Source: an uncultured Bacteroidota bacterium (GTDB taxonomy: Bacteria > Bacteroidota > Bacteroidia > Chitinophagales > Chitinophagaceae). Taken from it: a stretch of 64,000 bases of DNA. A model generated the notes under the pieces. That model was not told where the DNA came from, made no database searches, and saw only the letters and a list, made by a program, of their open reading frames with translations. Below are positions 45,770-56,152 of this stretch, piece by piece. Made by a program: the position numbers and the translations under genes. The stretch's first letter is position 1, and each line of letters starts with the position of its first letter. The DNA lies in NCBI GenBank assembly GCA_903821465.1, contig CAIJLK010000298.1, positions 2,523 to 66,522 on the forward strand. The letters run 5' to 3'.

Positions 45770-46681
45770 ATGATCCACAAACCTTCCCACAAAAAATTGA
45801 TTTTATTTTTCTTGACTTTATTTTTCACTACTACTAAGTCAATAGCACAGCAGCCAGACCTTTTTAAGGAAACAACAGATAGTTCCGCAAAAAAGCAAGT
45901 CGATATTGTTAGATCAACCTTTAAAACCACCCGACTCATCAATGGCCATTCCATTGAAAATGTGGGAAGGGGTATTTTAGACTTTCGCATATCTCACCGA
46001 TTCGGCGCACTCAATCAAGGAGGAAAAAATTTCTTCGGATTAGACAATGCGTTTACCAGACTTGACTTAGATTATGGCATTACCGATAAATTAATGGTGG
46101 GTATCAGTAGGGGTACCTATGAAAAAGAATTCACTGGATTTTTAAAATATAAAATACTCAGACAATCTACTGGTAGCAGCAGCAATCCAATATCCGTAAG
46201 TTATGTAGCTACAGCATTTTTGAGAACAAGAGAAGTCTTTGATCCAAATGCCAGCGATTTTACGAAGCAACAGTTTTTCTATGCACAACAATTCTTGATA
46301 GCAAGAAAGTTCAGTGACTATTTTTCCTTACAGTTGATGCCTACAATGGTTTATTATCAATCAACACCAAGTAAAAGCGATAAGAATTATCAATTCTCTA
46401 TGGGGCTTGGAATGCGTCAGCGAATTTCTAAAAGAGTCAATATCACTGGTGAATACTACTACCAGTTAAACCCATTTGAGGGAGCAAGTAATTCACTTGC
46501 TTTGGGATTTGACATTGAAACGGGTGGGCATGTATTTCAATTACATCTTACCAATACTTATGGTACTACTGAGCGAACATTTATCCATGAAACAACAGGT
46601 AAATGGGGCGATGGGGATATTCATTTTGGATTTAATATCTCTAGGGTATTCGTCATTAAAAAATCAAAAGTCATCCAGTAA
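45770..46681 (+). CDS. DUF5777-like outer-membrane beta-barrel
   Basis: FK.TR.IN..S.E, ISHRFG, FFGLD.A, DIETGGHVFQL..TN, FGFNISR.F. Confidence 0.8.
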   Translation: MIHKPSHKKLILFFLTLFFTTTKSIAQQPDLFKETTDSSAKKQVDIVRSTFKTTRLINGHSIENVGRGILDFRISHRFGALNQGGKNFFGLDNAFTRLDLDYGITDKLMVGISRGTYEKEFTGFLKYKILRQSTGSSSNPISVSYVATAFLRTREVFDPNASDFTKQQFFYAQQFLIARKFSDYFSLQLMPTMVYYQSTPSKSDKNYQFSMGLGMRQRISKRVNITGEYYYQLNPFEGASNSLALGFDIETGGHVFQLHLTNTYGTTERTFIHETTGKWGDGDIHFGFNISRVFVIKKSKVIQ

Positions 46682-46714
46682 ACCTGTTGATAATTTTAAA
46701 TAAATTTTTATTTC

Positions 46715-47128
46715 ATGGAAAAGAAAGTAATCATTTCATCACTGTCAATCATTGTTATTGGCATTGTCAGTACTTGGTATATGATTTTTTATAAGCCAAC
46801 CCATTTTAAAAGAGATGTGGCAGATGAAAGAGGAATCAGTATCACTGCTGATGCCCTTGTAAAAGCCTATCAGGCAAATGAACAAACAGCCAATGTGGCT
46901 TTCTTAGACATGCCGATACAAATTACTGGCCAGATCAGCGCAACAAAACCCGATCAAACCGGTCAAACAACCATTACTTTAAAGAGTGATGACGCATTTG
47001 CAGGGGTCTTTTGTACCCTAAACTCAACTGAACCTCATCTTCAAGTGGGACAACAGATTACTGTTAAAGGAATCTGCACCGGATTCTTATCAGATGTTGT
47101 ATTGAAAGACGCGATTATCATGAAATAG
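46715..47128 (+). CDS. membrane-anchored OB-fold (tRNA_anti-like) protein
   Basis: N-terminal TM, A..L...Y..NE..AN, I.I.G.I, G..I.VKG.CTG. Confidence 0.75.
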   Translation: MEKKVIISSLSIIVIGIVSTWYMIFYKPTHFKRDVADERGISITADALVKAYQANEQTANVAFLDMPIQITGQISATKPDQTGQTTITLKSDDAFAGVFCTLNSTEPHLQVGQQITVKGICTGFLSDVVLKDAIIMK

Positions 47129-47183
47129 GTTTCATTTCAAGTCATTACCAGCTACATATCACGATATTCTTGGAAAATCAAGC

Positions 47184-47223
47184 TCCGCCTGCTATTTTTG
47201 CACGATAGCAGGCGGATTTGTTT
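47184..47223 (+). terminator. hairpin terminator containing the metH promoter -7 element
   Basis: tccgcctgctat-N9-atagcaggcgga then tttgttt; TATTTTTG at 47193-47200. Confidence 0.6.
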
Positions 47224-47364
47224 ATTGTTCGGCCTGTATATCCCTAGCTAGGGTGTAATCGAACTAATAAACGTCTTGAAGAGCTCTCTCTCTGCTCCCA
47301 GCGTTCATTAGTTCTGATCAATTAATCTTTCTTGGCCATAGTTGCCGGGAAACAAAAGAATTGT
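47205..47364 (+). ncRNA. candidate structured cis-regulatory leader of metH
   Basis: ~160-nt UTR with long hairpin 47220-47272, competing strand 47302-47314, hairpin 47328-47352. Confidence 0.45.
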
Positions 47365-48375
47365 ATGAACATTAGAGAAGCATTGGCAAAAAGAATATTG
47401 GTGATAGATGGTGCCATGGGAACCATGATACAGCGCCATAAACTTACAGAAGAAGATTATAGGGGTGAACGTTTTAAAAACTGGCATTCTGATGTAAAGG
47501 GTAATAACGATTTATTATGTATAACTCAGCCTGATATCATCATTGGCATTCATAAACTATACTTAGAAGCGGGAGCTGATATTGTAGAAACCAATACTTT
47601 TAGTAGTACAGTAATTGCAATGGCCGATTACGACATGCAATCACTAGCATATGAACTGAATGTTGCAGCTGCTAAATGTGCACGAACTGCAGCAGATGCT
47701 TATACAGCTAAGGACACAAGCAAACCTCGATTTGTGGCTGGAGCTATTGGACCACTCAATAAAACATTAAGTCTATCGCCTGATGTAAACAACCCTGGGT
47801 TTAGGGCTGTTAGCTTTGATGAAGTGGTTAATGCTTATTACGAACAAGTGGGTGGATTGGTTGATGGAGGAGTTGATGTCCTTTTAGTAGAAACCATTTT
47901 CGATACCCTCAATGCGAAGGCAGCAATTTTTGCTATAAAAAAATATTTCAGAGATAAGGGCATTCCTGAGTTACCGGTAATGATTAGCGGAACAATTACT
48001 GATGCATCTGGCAGAACACTGAGCGGACAAACCCTTGAGGCATTCTATACATCCGTGATGCATGCCAATCCATTAAGTGTTGGATTAAACTGTGCACTAG
48101 GAGCTGCTGAGATGAGAAGCCATATCGAAGAATTGAGCCAAATTGCATCTTGCTATACATCTGCATATCCTAACGCAGGATTACCCAATGCAATGGGTGA
48201 ATACGATGAACAACCCCACGAAACCGCACATTTTATTGAAGAATGGGCGAAGGAAGGTTTTGTAAATATTGTTGGCGGATGTTGTGGAACAACTCCAGAT
48301 CATATCAAACATATTGCTCAAAATGTGCTGCATTTGCAACCAAGAGTATTACCAGTTTTAGAAACTGCTTTATAA
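47365..48375 (+). CDS. metH: methionine synthase, homocysteine-binding module (split MetH, part 1)
   Basis: [36 protein letters not shown]; ATG at 47365. Confidence 0.95.
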   Translation: MNIREALAKRILVIDGAMGTMIQRHKLTEEDYRGERFKNWHSDVKGNNDLLCITQPDIIIGIHKLYLEAGADIVETNTFSSTVIAMADYDMQSLAYELNVAAAKCARTAADAYTAKDTSKPRFVAGAIGPLNKTLSLSPDVNNPGFRAVSFDEVVNAYYEQVGGLVDGGVDVLLVETIFDTLNAKAAIFAIKKYFRDKGIPELPVMISGTITDASGRTLSGQTLEAFYTSVMHANPLSVGLNCALGAAEMRSHIEELSQIASCYTSAYPNAGLPNAMGEYDEQPHETAHFIEEWAKEGFVNIVGGCCGTTPDHIKHIAQNVLHLQPRVLPVLETAL

Positions 48376-48383
48376 TTATTACT

Positions 48384-51092
48384 ATGTCAAGCATCAAACC
48401 ATACTTACGTTTATCCGGTTTAGAGCCATTAATTATAAGGCCGGAAACGAATTTTGTAAACGTCGGCGAAAGAACCAATGTAACGGGTTCGAAAAAGTTT
48501 GCCCGACTCATCAAAGAAAATAAATACGAAGAGGCATTATCTGTAGCCAGACAACAAGTTGAAAGCGGCGCTCAGATTTTAGATGTAAATATGGATGATG
48601 CTTTGTTAGAAGGTGTGCAAGCAATGACCACATTTATGAACCTGATTCAATCTGAACCGGATATCGCAAAAATTCCGATCATGATCGACAGTTCAAAGTT
48701 CGAGATCATTTTAGCGGGTTTAAAATGTGTTCAGGGAAAATGTATCGTGAATTCTATTTCAATGAAGGAAGGTGAAGCAAAATTCATTGAACAAGCATTT
48801 ATCTGTAAAGCATTCGGAGCAGCAGTAATTGTAATGGCTTTCGATGAGATCGGTCAGGCAGACACCAGGGAAAGAAAAGTGAGTATTTGTGCAAGAGCTT
48901 ATAAAATACTAACAGAACAAGTAGGTTACGATCCGCAAGACATCATATTTGATCCTAACATTTTTGCAATTGCAACTGGTATTGAGGAACATAATAATTA
49001 CGCAGTTGATTTTATTGAAGCAACTCGTGAGATTAAACAATTAATGCCTCTTACCAAAGTGAGTGGTGGTGTTTCGAATGTGTCTTTCTCATTCCGCGGA
49101 AACGATCATGTGCGAGAAGCCATTCATAGCGTATTTCTTTTTCACGCTATTAAAGCGGGGATGGATATGGGTATTGTGAATGCAGGTCAGTTAGTTGTGT
49201 ACGATGAAATTGAACCCACTCTACGCCAGCTTTGCGAAGATGTGATCTTGAATAAGAACAATGACAATAATGAAGCCACTGAGAAACTTATTACTCACGC
49301 AGAAACGGTAAAGGCGAAGGGCAAGGTAGAAGTGAAGGATGAGAAATGGCGTAATAACTCGGTTGAAGAAAGATTGAAACATTCTTTAGTAAATGGCATC
49401 ACCGATTATATTGATGCAGATACAGAAGAAGCTCGATTGAAATATTCAAAACCATTGGATGTAATTGAAGGTCCGTTAATGGCGGGTATGGATGTGGTTG
49501 GTGATTTATTTGGAGCGGGTAAAATGTTCTTGCCGCAAGTAGTGAAGAGTGCACGTGTAATGAAAAAAAGTGTGGCCGTATTAACACCCTTTATTGAAGC
49601 TGAAAAAGAGGAAAGAAAACAAGCACATTTATTAGCCGGAACAACCAACGAAGAAACTGCAGGAGCTGCAAAAATATTATTGGCAACTGTAAAAGGAGAT
49701 GTTCATGATATTGGGAAAAACATTGTGGGTGTGGTGCTAGGTTGTAATGGCTACGATATCATTGATCTTGGTGTGATGGTTCCTGCCGATAAAATTTTAG
49801 AAGCAGCAGTACGCGAAAAGGTTGATATCATTGGATTGAGTGGACTAATTACTCCTTCACTTGATGAGATGGTTCATATTGCTAAAGAAATGAAACGTAG
49901 AGGCATGAAGCATCCACTAATGATTGGTGGTGCCACAACTTCAAGAATGCACACTGCTGTTAAAATCGCTCCGGAATATGGTGATGGAGTAATTCATGTA
50001 TTGGATGCTTCAAGAAGTGTTACAGTAGCTGGTGCGCTTTTAAATAAAGAGCTGAAAGCAGATTACTTGTTACAGCTTAATGCAGAATACAAGCAATTGA
50101 AAGAGAGCTTCGATGCAAAAAAATCGAACAAAAACTATCTCCCTTATTCCGAAGCCAAAAAGAAAAAAACAAATATCAACTGGCAAAATTTTGAACCGGT
50201 TAAGCCAAATTTTATCGGCTCTAAAGTTTTAGAGAATATTAGTGTAGAAATGTTAAGACCATTTATCGATTGGAAACCATTCTTTATTGCTTGGGAATTA
50301 CATGGCAATTTTCCTGAAATTCTAACTGATAGTGTTGTTGGTGTAGAAGCAAGCAAATTATATAAAGACGCAAATGATTTACTCGATAAAATAATTGCGG
50401 AGAACTGGTTACAACCAAAAGCAACTCTTGGATTTTGGGAAGCTGCATCGAATGAGGATGATGTATTTGTGAAAACAGACAAAGAAACCATTCAACTTTC
50501 GTTCTTGCGACAGCAAATTCAAAAAGCAGCCGATCAACCCAATTTATCATTGGCCGATTTTATTGTGCCACAAAGCAACCATAAAAAGGATCATATAGGT
50601 GCTTTTGCAGTTACCATTCATGGCATTGAAAAACATATCAAGGCTTTTGAAGTTGCTTTGGATGATTATAACAAAATAACATTACAAGCAATTACTGATC
50701 GACTAGCTGAAGCCTTTGCTGAATATCTTCACCTAAAAGTTAGAACAGAATATTGGGGCTATGTTTCTGATGAACAGCTTAGCAATGAAGAATTGATCAA
50801 GGAAAAATACCAAGGTATTCGTCCGGCCCCGGGTTACCCAGCCTGTCCAGACCATACGGAGAAATACAAATTATTCGACCTATTACAAGTAACCGAAAAT
50901 ATTGGCATTGAACTTACAGAGTCGATGGCCATGTATCCTGCATCATCCGTATGCGGCTGGTACTTTGCAAATCCACAGAGTCAGTATTTTGGTATTGGCA
51001 AAATTCAGAGGGACCAGCTTTTAGATTACGCAGCAAGAAAAAATATGCCTTTGGAAGTAGCAGAAAGATGGTTAAGTCCAGTACTTGATTAG
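48384..51092 (+). CDS. metH: methionine synthase, pterin/cobalamin/activation modules (split MetH, part 2)
   Basis: [46 protein letters not shown]; ATG at 48384. Confidence 0.96.
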   Translation: MSSIKPYLRLSGLEPLIIRPETNFVNVGERTNVTGSKKFARLIKENKYEEALSVARQQVESGAQILDVNMDDALLEGVQAMTTFMNLIQSEPDIAKIPIMIDSSKFEIILAGLKCVQGKCIVNSISMKEGEAKFIEQAFICKAFGAAVIVMAFDEIGQADTRERKVSICARAYKILTEQVGYDPQDIIFDPNIFAIATGIEEHNNYAVDFIEATREIKQLMPLTKVSGGVSNVSFSFRGNDHVREAIHSVFLFHAIKAGMDMGIVNAGQLVVYDEIEPTLRQLCEDVILNKNNDNNEATEKLITHAETVKAKGKVEVKDEKWRNNSVEERLKHSLVNGITDYIDADTEEARLKYSKPLDVIEGPLMAGMDVVGDLFGAGKMFLPQVVKSARVMKKSVAVLTPFIEAEKEERKQAHLLAGTTNEETAGAAKILLATVKGDVHDIGKNIVGVVLGCNGYDIIDLGVMVPADKILEAAVREKVDIIGLSGLITPSLDEMVHIAKEMKRRGMKHPLMIGGATTSRMHTAVKIAPEYGDGVIHVLDASRSVTVAGALLNKELKADYLLQLNAEYKQLKESFDAKKSNKNYLPYSEAKKKKTNINWQNFEPVKPNFIGSKVLENISVEMLRPFIDWKPFFIAWELHGNFPEILTDSVVGVEASKLYKDANDLLDKIIAENWLQPKATLGFWEAASNEDDVFVKTDKETIQLSFLRQQIQKAADQPNLSLADFIVPQSNHKKDHIGAFAVTIHGIEKHIKAFEVALDDYNKITLQAITDRLAEAFAEYLHLKVRTEYWGYVSDEQLSNEELIKEKYQGIRPAPGYPACPDHTEKYKLFDLLQVTENIGIELTESMAMYPASSVCGWYFANPQSQYFGIGKIQRDQLLDYAARKNMPLEVAERWLSPVLD

Positions 51093-51131
51093 AGTTTTGT
51101 AATTTTGCATCGGATCAACAAGTATTTATTT

Positions 51132-51956
51132 ATGAAAAACAAGATCATATTCGTATGGGCAATTATAGTGGCATTGCCTTTTGTAGCATGCGCCCAGACA
51201 AATACAAGTGTAAAAACAAAAAAAGAAAGAAAAGGAGAATTTTATTTTTCATGGGGTTACAATAAGGAATGGTATACTAACTCTAATGTAAAAGTGAGCC
51301 AGCCTGAATTAAACAATAATTATACCTTCCAAAAGATTCACTCAAACGATCATATTGGTTGGGATCAAGGTCTATTAAGTATTCCATTGAGTATTCCTCA
51401 GTACAATTATCGCATTGGTTATTTTTTCAATAAGAAAAAAGGATTGGCATTGGAAATTAATTTCGACCATACCAAACATTTAATCACTGATGGCCAACAG
51501 GCACATCTTGTAGGAACACTAGGGGGAAGGCAGGTTGATACAACAGTAAACTTTGCAAAATCAAATGGATTTGTCTACTACCTTAATAATGGGGCAAACT
51601 TTCTACTTTTCAATCTCGTTAAACGCTGGAATTGGCAAGAGAGTAAAACAGGGAATTTCAAATTAGACTTTCTGGCTAAAGCTGGTGTTGGTCCGGTTAT
51701 TCCGCATGTGGAAAATATTTTATTCGGGCAGTCTAACGATGGTGGATTTCAATTGGGTGGCTGGAATATGGGCGTTGAAGCCGGAGTTAGATCTACCTTT
51801 CATAAACATTTTTATTTAGAGTTTACCAATAAAGTTGACTATGCTCGATACAGCAATTTAAAGGTTTATAAGGGTACTGCTAAGCAGGCATTCGGAACTT
51901 ATGAAATAATTTTGAGTCTTGGATATACATTTCCTATGGGGAAGAAGATAGGATAA
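51132..51956 (+). CDS. outer-membrane beta-barrel-like hypothetical protein
   Basis: Signal peptide, WGYN, PQYNYRIGY, FDH.K, C-terminal LGY.F. Confidence 0.7.
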   Translation: MKNKIIFVWAIIVALPFVACAQTNTSVKTKKERKGEFYFSWGYNKEWYTNSNVKVSQPELNNNYTFQKIHSNDHIGWDQGLLSIPLSIPQYNYRIGYFFNKKKGLALEINFDHTKHLITDGQQAHLVGTLGGRQVDTTVNFAKSNGFVYYLNNGANFLLFNLVKRWNWQESKTGNFKLDFLAKAGVGPVIPHVENILFGQSNDGGFQLGGWNMGVEAGVRSTFHKHFYLEFTNKVDYARYSNLKVYKGTAKQAFGTYEIILSLGYTFPMGKKIG

Positions 51957-52160
51957 GATGAAAGTGAAAAGATAAAAGTGAAAAGATAAAAGATAAAAGA
52001 TGAAAGTGAAAAGATAAAAGTGAAAAGATAAAAGATAAAAGTGAACGGTGTAAGGGCTCGCCCGCTCTTCACTCCTCACTCTTCACTTCTTCTTCCACTC
52101 TTCACTTTTATCTTTTATCTTTTCACTTCTTCTTTCACTCTTCACTCTTCACTCCTCACT
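51956..52160. repeat. inverted heptamer tandem arrays (AGTGAAA/AGATAAA and their complements)
   Basis: 13 purine-rich 7-mers at 51956-52046, a short GC-rich spacer, then CTTCACT/TTTATCT units up to 52160. Confidence 0.92.
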
Positions 52161-55100
52161 TAATTGTCTGTGTCTTCAGTTTCTTTGAGTGTAGCATTGT
52201 CTCCCCTTCCCATTTTAATGATTGGTTTGTCTTGCGTGCCTGTAATATTCATTGGTATGCCAAATATACCAAGAGGAGGCAAGCCAATTCTAAATTTCAG
52301 ATTCATTTGTCCATCAAAATTAGCCTGACCTGAAAACTTTAATCTAAATGGAAAGACTCTGATCTTGGTTTGCTCAATATGGATCACATTGTTTTTAATA
52401 GTTGTTTTAATATCTACTTTACTGATATCTGCATTGCCAGTTAAACTATCTTTCCCAGCAGCTTTACCTGCAGCGCTAAATAGTTTGAATCCCTTCATCT
52501 TTACAGCTTTCACAGAAAGAACACCCCCACCTTCTAAGGAAGGATATATGGGATACATGTTTCCATTTAATTTACCTTTTAAATTATAATCAAGTGAAAC
52601 AATTCCATCGGCGCTTGCTGCAGCAGAAGCCATATCATGGAACAGTTTTATCTCATTGTAGGCTTTTTTAATATTGAACTCTTTTGCATTAATATGATAG
52701 CTGAATTCAGCTCGCATCGCACTTAATGATTTATAGGTTGCATCCATCAAAACAGGAGCCCCAATTAAATTAAAGTCAGTATTCGATAAAGTCATCACTG
52801 ATTGCTTTAATTGCATGTCGCCTTTAGCATCATTAATATCCATCCCCTTATACTTCACTGTTTTCACGGCTGCTTTAAAATTCAAATCGAGATTTTCTGG
52901 AACAATAAAAACACCTGTTGTTGAAGCCTGCGTGGTATCTCCAGAGAAAGCCATAAAATCATCTGCAACAAGCAAGTTGCTTTTTAAATCAAACTGACCA
53001 TGCAGTGGTTGATCTTTAAGCGCATAATTAAATGTATTATTTAAATAGCCACTTAACTCATAGTCAGATTGAAGATAAGTTCCTTTAAAAGATTCAAACC
53101 AAATTTTATCATCTTTAAAACGGAATACTCCCGTATTGATAAAGAATGGATGCGGATAATAATTGGTCTTAACTGAAATATCTTTCACAGAAAGCGTTCC
53201 GGCGTTATGAAGTTTTTGATAAAGCCCGGCAACCGCATCGCTCTGTAATCCGCGAAGCTCTAGGTCGGTCTTAACCAATCCCGACACTTCAATTCCCTTT
53301 CTTGAAAACACTTGATATATTTTACCGATATCCATGGTGCCTTTTGAGGTAATATCGTATTTAATATTTTCAAGATTCTTCATGTCAGCCTTCACAGTAA
53401 AAGGCTGTCCTTCAAATACGAATCCAATAGGTTTAATTGCAACACTAACATCTTTAGTTGAAGAACTAATACATTGAATGGTTGCATCAACTGCAATTTT
53501 TTCGATCGGATGTGGATAGTATTTGGTTTGAATAAATCCATCCTCCATTTTAAAATTTGCATTAGTTATAGGGAAGAGTTTTTTTGCAGCATTATACTTG
53601 CCCTTGGTTTGAATTGTCATGGCTACTTTCCCCTTGATCTCTAAACTATCAATGGGATAAAACTGCTTGATATCGCCTAAGTTTAATAACCCATTCAGGT
53701 TGATATCCATTGGAAAATCATCCGCACCGCTAAACTTCATGAATCCTTTCAAATAGTTATTAGCCAATGCTGCATTGATATTTGTAATAACCAAACTAGC
53801 ATTCTTATAATTCGAATCTGCACAATTTGCAGCTACATCAAAACTTACTTTCTCAACAGATTTTGGAAGTGTAGGATATTTAAAATACCCATTTCTAAAA
53901 ACCGCATTTAATTGAAATATGGGAATAGATGCAATGACGGTATCAGGCCGGAAATTTTTAGGGTTCTGGCCCTTCCTGTATACACCATCTGCCTTGCCAT
54001 GGAAACTAAGTTGACCCTTAGCTTCCAATCCTGGCAGTCCCATTGCATTTTGCCATTTCTCTAAATTCAATTCGCCGTTTATTTTGGCGTGAATCTCTGG
54101 ATTATTTAATCCCTTCATTAAATAAATGGCGCTAATATAATCAGTCCCCACATTTGCGTAAATAGAATCAACATTCACATAGAGACTATCCATGTTAAAA
54201 CCAGGAATCTTGGTTTCGAAATTGAGAAACAGATTTTTTACAGGAGTGGGTGTTTTATTATTTGAAATATAACCATTACGAATGGCCATATTCATGTTGA
54301 AACTAGGCATGGTCTTGGTTTGGGCAATATAGTTTCCACTCAAAGAAGCTTTGAAATCAATAGATCCTTTGACATCGGTTTTTTCTAACCAGGTTAGAAA
54401 TGCTGGAGGAAAGGCTGAAATAAAATTTTTTAATTCTGTCTCCTTAGAAAGCACATTAAAATCCATGGCAAAGCCGTTTTTCAAGAAAGCAAATCTTCCC
54501 TTAAAACCCAGCGGCAATTGATTAATGAAAAGATCATTTTTCTCAAATAAAAACTCAAGCGAATTGGTATTGATCTTGGTTACCAAATTAGCAGAAAGGG
54601 TTTTAGAAATAAAATAACCCTGTTTGTCGTACAAAAAATCAATTGCTCGAATCTTCACTTGTGAAGTCAGATCAAAAATAGATTTACTAAAATCGCCCTT
54701 TCCTTCATAATCAAATCCACCCGCATCAATATGCATAGGAAGCGTTTGATCGTCGTATACCAAGTGCGATTTCTCTACTACAATTCTTTCAATCTTTAAA
54801 GAAGCAGAGCCACTATCCGCATTGCTTTGGGGAGTTTGCGGACTTGATATATATACATTATAGTTTGCCTCGCCCTTTGGATTCACTTCGATATTAATAA
54901 AGCTCTGTTTTAGAAATATTTGATCGATCCTTACTGTGGAAGAAAATAAAGTACGCAAGCTAACGCCTAAAGAAACTTGTTTTGCTGAAATTAAAGTGTC
55001 GTTTTGAAATGGAGCAGAACCCTTTAAAACAAAATCATTTAGGTTTAAAGTAAGATTGGGGAAATGACTAAAGAATGAGAATCTTGCACTCGAAAAATTC

Positions 55101-55261
55101 AATTCTCCTTTTACTCTTGACTTTGCAACGTCTTTAATTTTATTCGAGATAGCTTCTGGAAAAAAGTATGGCGCTAAAAATAGGATTGCTACTAATGCTA
55201 CTACACTTATACCAGTAATATTAAGCGCTTTTTTAATCCCAGTAGGAATTGAAAATTTCAT
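52160..55261 (-). CDS. AsmA family protein
   Basis: N-terminal TM anchor, S.F..FP.L, long beta-rich body, AsmA-like C-terminus. Confidence 0.85.
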   Translation of the reverse strand: MKFSIPTGIKKALNITGISVVALVAILFLAPYFFPEAISNKIKDVAKSRVKGELNFSSARFSFFSHFPNLTLNLNDFVLKGSAPFQNDTLISAKQVSLGVSLRTLFSSTVRIDQIFLKQSFINIEVNPKGEANYNVYISSPQTPQSNADSGSASLKIERIVVEKSHLVYDDQTLPMHIDAGGFDYEGKGDFSKSIFDLTSQVKIRAIDFLYDKQGYFISKTLSANLVTKINTNSLEFLFEKNDLFINQLPLGFKGRFAFLKNGFAMDFNVLSKETELKNFISAFPPAFLTWLEKTDVKGSIDFKASLSGNYIAQTKTMPSFNMNMAIRNGYISNNKTPTPVKNLFLNFETKIPGFNMDSLYVNVDSIYANVGTDYISAIYLMKGLNNPEIHAKINGELNLEKWQNAMGLPGLEAKGQLSFHGKADGVYRKGQNPKNFRPDTVIASIPIFQLNAVFRNGYFKYPTLPKSVEKVSFDVAANCADSNYKNASLVITNINAALANNYLKGFMKFSGADDFPMDINLNGLLNLGDIKQFYPIDSLEIKGKVAMTIQTKGKYNAAKKLFPITNANFKMEDGFIQTKYYPHPIEKIAVDATIQCISSSTKDVSVAIKPIGFVFEGQPFTVKADMKNLENIKYDITSKGTMDIGKIYQVFSRKGIEVSGLVKTDLELRGLQSDAVAGLYQKLHNAGTLSVKDISVKTNYYPHPFFINTGVFRFKDDKIWFESFKGTYLQSDYELSGYLNNTFNYALKDQPLHGQFDLKSNLLVADDFMAFSGDTTQASTTGVFIVPENLDLNFKAAVKTVKYKGMDINDAKGDMQLKQSVMTLSNTDFNLIGAPVLMDATYKSLSAMRAEFSYHINAKEFNIKKAYNEIKLFHDMASAAASADGIVSLDYNLKGKLNGNMYPIYPSLEGGGVLSVKAVKMKGFKLFSAAGKAAGKDSLTGNADISKVDIKTTIKNNVIHIEQTKIRVFPFRLKFSGQANFDGQMNLKFRIGLPPLGIFGIPMNITGTQDKPIIKMGRGDNATLKETEDTDN

Positions 55262-55348
55262 AACGATGATATTAATATAAACTTGATGATAGTTTTTGTT
55301 CGAAGATACTTAATCATTTAATTTCTGGAATTGAGGTATGACTAACTC

Positions 55349-56089
55349 CTAAACTTTTTCAAAAAGCCACCAAATGGGCTTTCTTTTTTTGATGGAATAA
55401 TTATTCAGTACATAGGTCTTAATATGTTCGATCGCCTCATCCATATTATCGGTTACCAAAACAAGTTTTAAATCGTCTGGGGAGATGGTACCCTCTGTTG
55501 CCATAAATGCGATATAAGACATCAGGGGTTCAAAATATTCCTTCCCGAATAAAACAATGGGGAATCCGCCGATCGTCTTTGTTTGTACAAGGGTTAAGGT
55601 CTCAAAGAATTCGTCCATTGTACCAAAACCACCAGGCATGATAATAAAGGCATAAGAGTATTTAACCAACACCACTTTCCTTATAAAAAAATAATTAAAG
55701 GTGATGGAGGTATGTATATAGGGATTGGGTTTTTGCTCAAAAGGCAATTTAATATTACATCCGATGGATTCTCCCCCATTTTCAAATGCACCTCGGTTTG
55801 CGGCTTCCATAATACCCGGACCACCTCCGGTTAACGTTGAAAAGCCCATTTCGGCTATTCGCTTACCAAATTCGCGCGCAGCGCTATAATATTTATGATC
55901 TTCATTGAATCGAGCTGATCCGAACACGGTAATGCAGGGACCGGTGAAATGCATGGTTCTGAATCCTTTTATAAATTCAACGAAAATTTGCCAAGCAAAA
56001 GCCAACTCAAAAATTCTGGGCTTGGGTCCTTCCAGATATACCGGGTCTTTTGCAGGAATAATTCTTCGCTCTTTATAATTGCCAGTCAT
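55349..56089 (-). CDS. LOG family (TIGR00730) nucleotide phosphoribohydrolase
   Basis: FGSAR, TGGGPGIMEAANRGA, LPFEQ..NPY, PGGFGTMDE. Confidence 0.93.
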   Translation of the reverse strand: MTGNYKERRIIPAKDPVYLEGPKPRIFELAFAWQIFVEFIKGFRTMHFTGPCITVFGSARFNEDHKYYSAAREFGKRIAEMGFSTLTGGGPGIMEAANRGAFENGGESIGCNIKLPFEQKPNPYIHTSITFNYFFIRKVVLVKYSYAFIIMPGGFGTMDEFFETLTLVQTKTIGGFPIVLFGKEYFEPLMSYIAFMATEGTISPDDLKLVLVTDNMDEAIEHIKTYVLNNYSIKKRKPIWWLFEKV

Positions 56090-56152
56090 ATTTCTTTATA
56101 TCTTCAAATGAATATAGTTGCCTAGACAAGTCAAGTTATTAAAATACACTGA

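Noticed and set aside
48243-48383. metH split as a frameshift or pseudogene, and the long 5' extension of the second ORF
   Set aside because: The break falls at a domain boundary, with a clean stop (48375) and a new ATG (48384). Split MetH is known in Bacteroidota.
51858-52079. 73-aa ORF with FYLLSFHFYLF repeats
   Set aside because: Translation artefact of the heptamer array
51956-52160. Possible CRISPR array
   Set aside because: Period-7 low-complexity repeats without unique spacers, and no cas genes nearby
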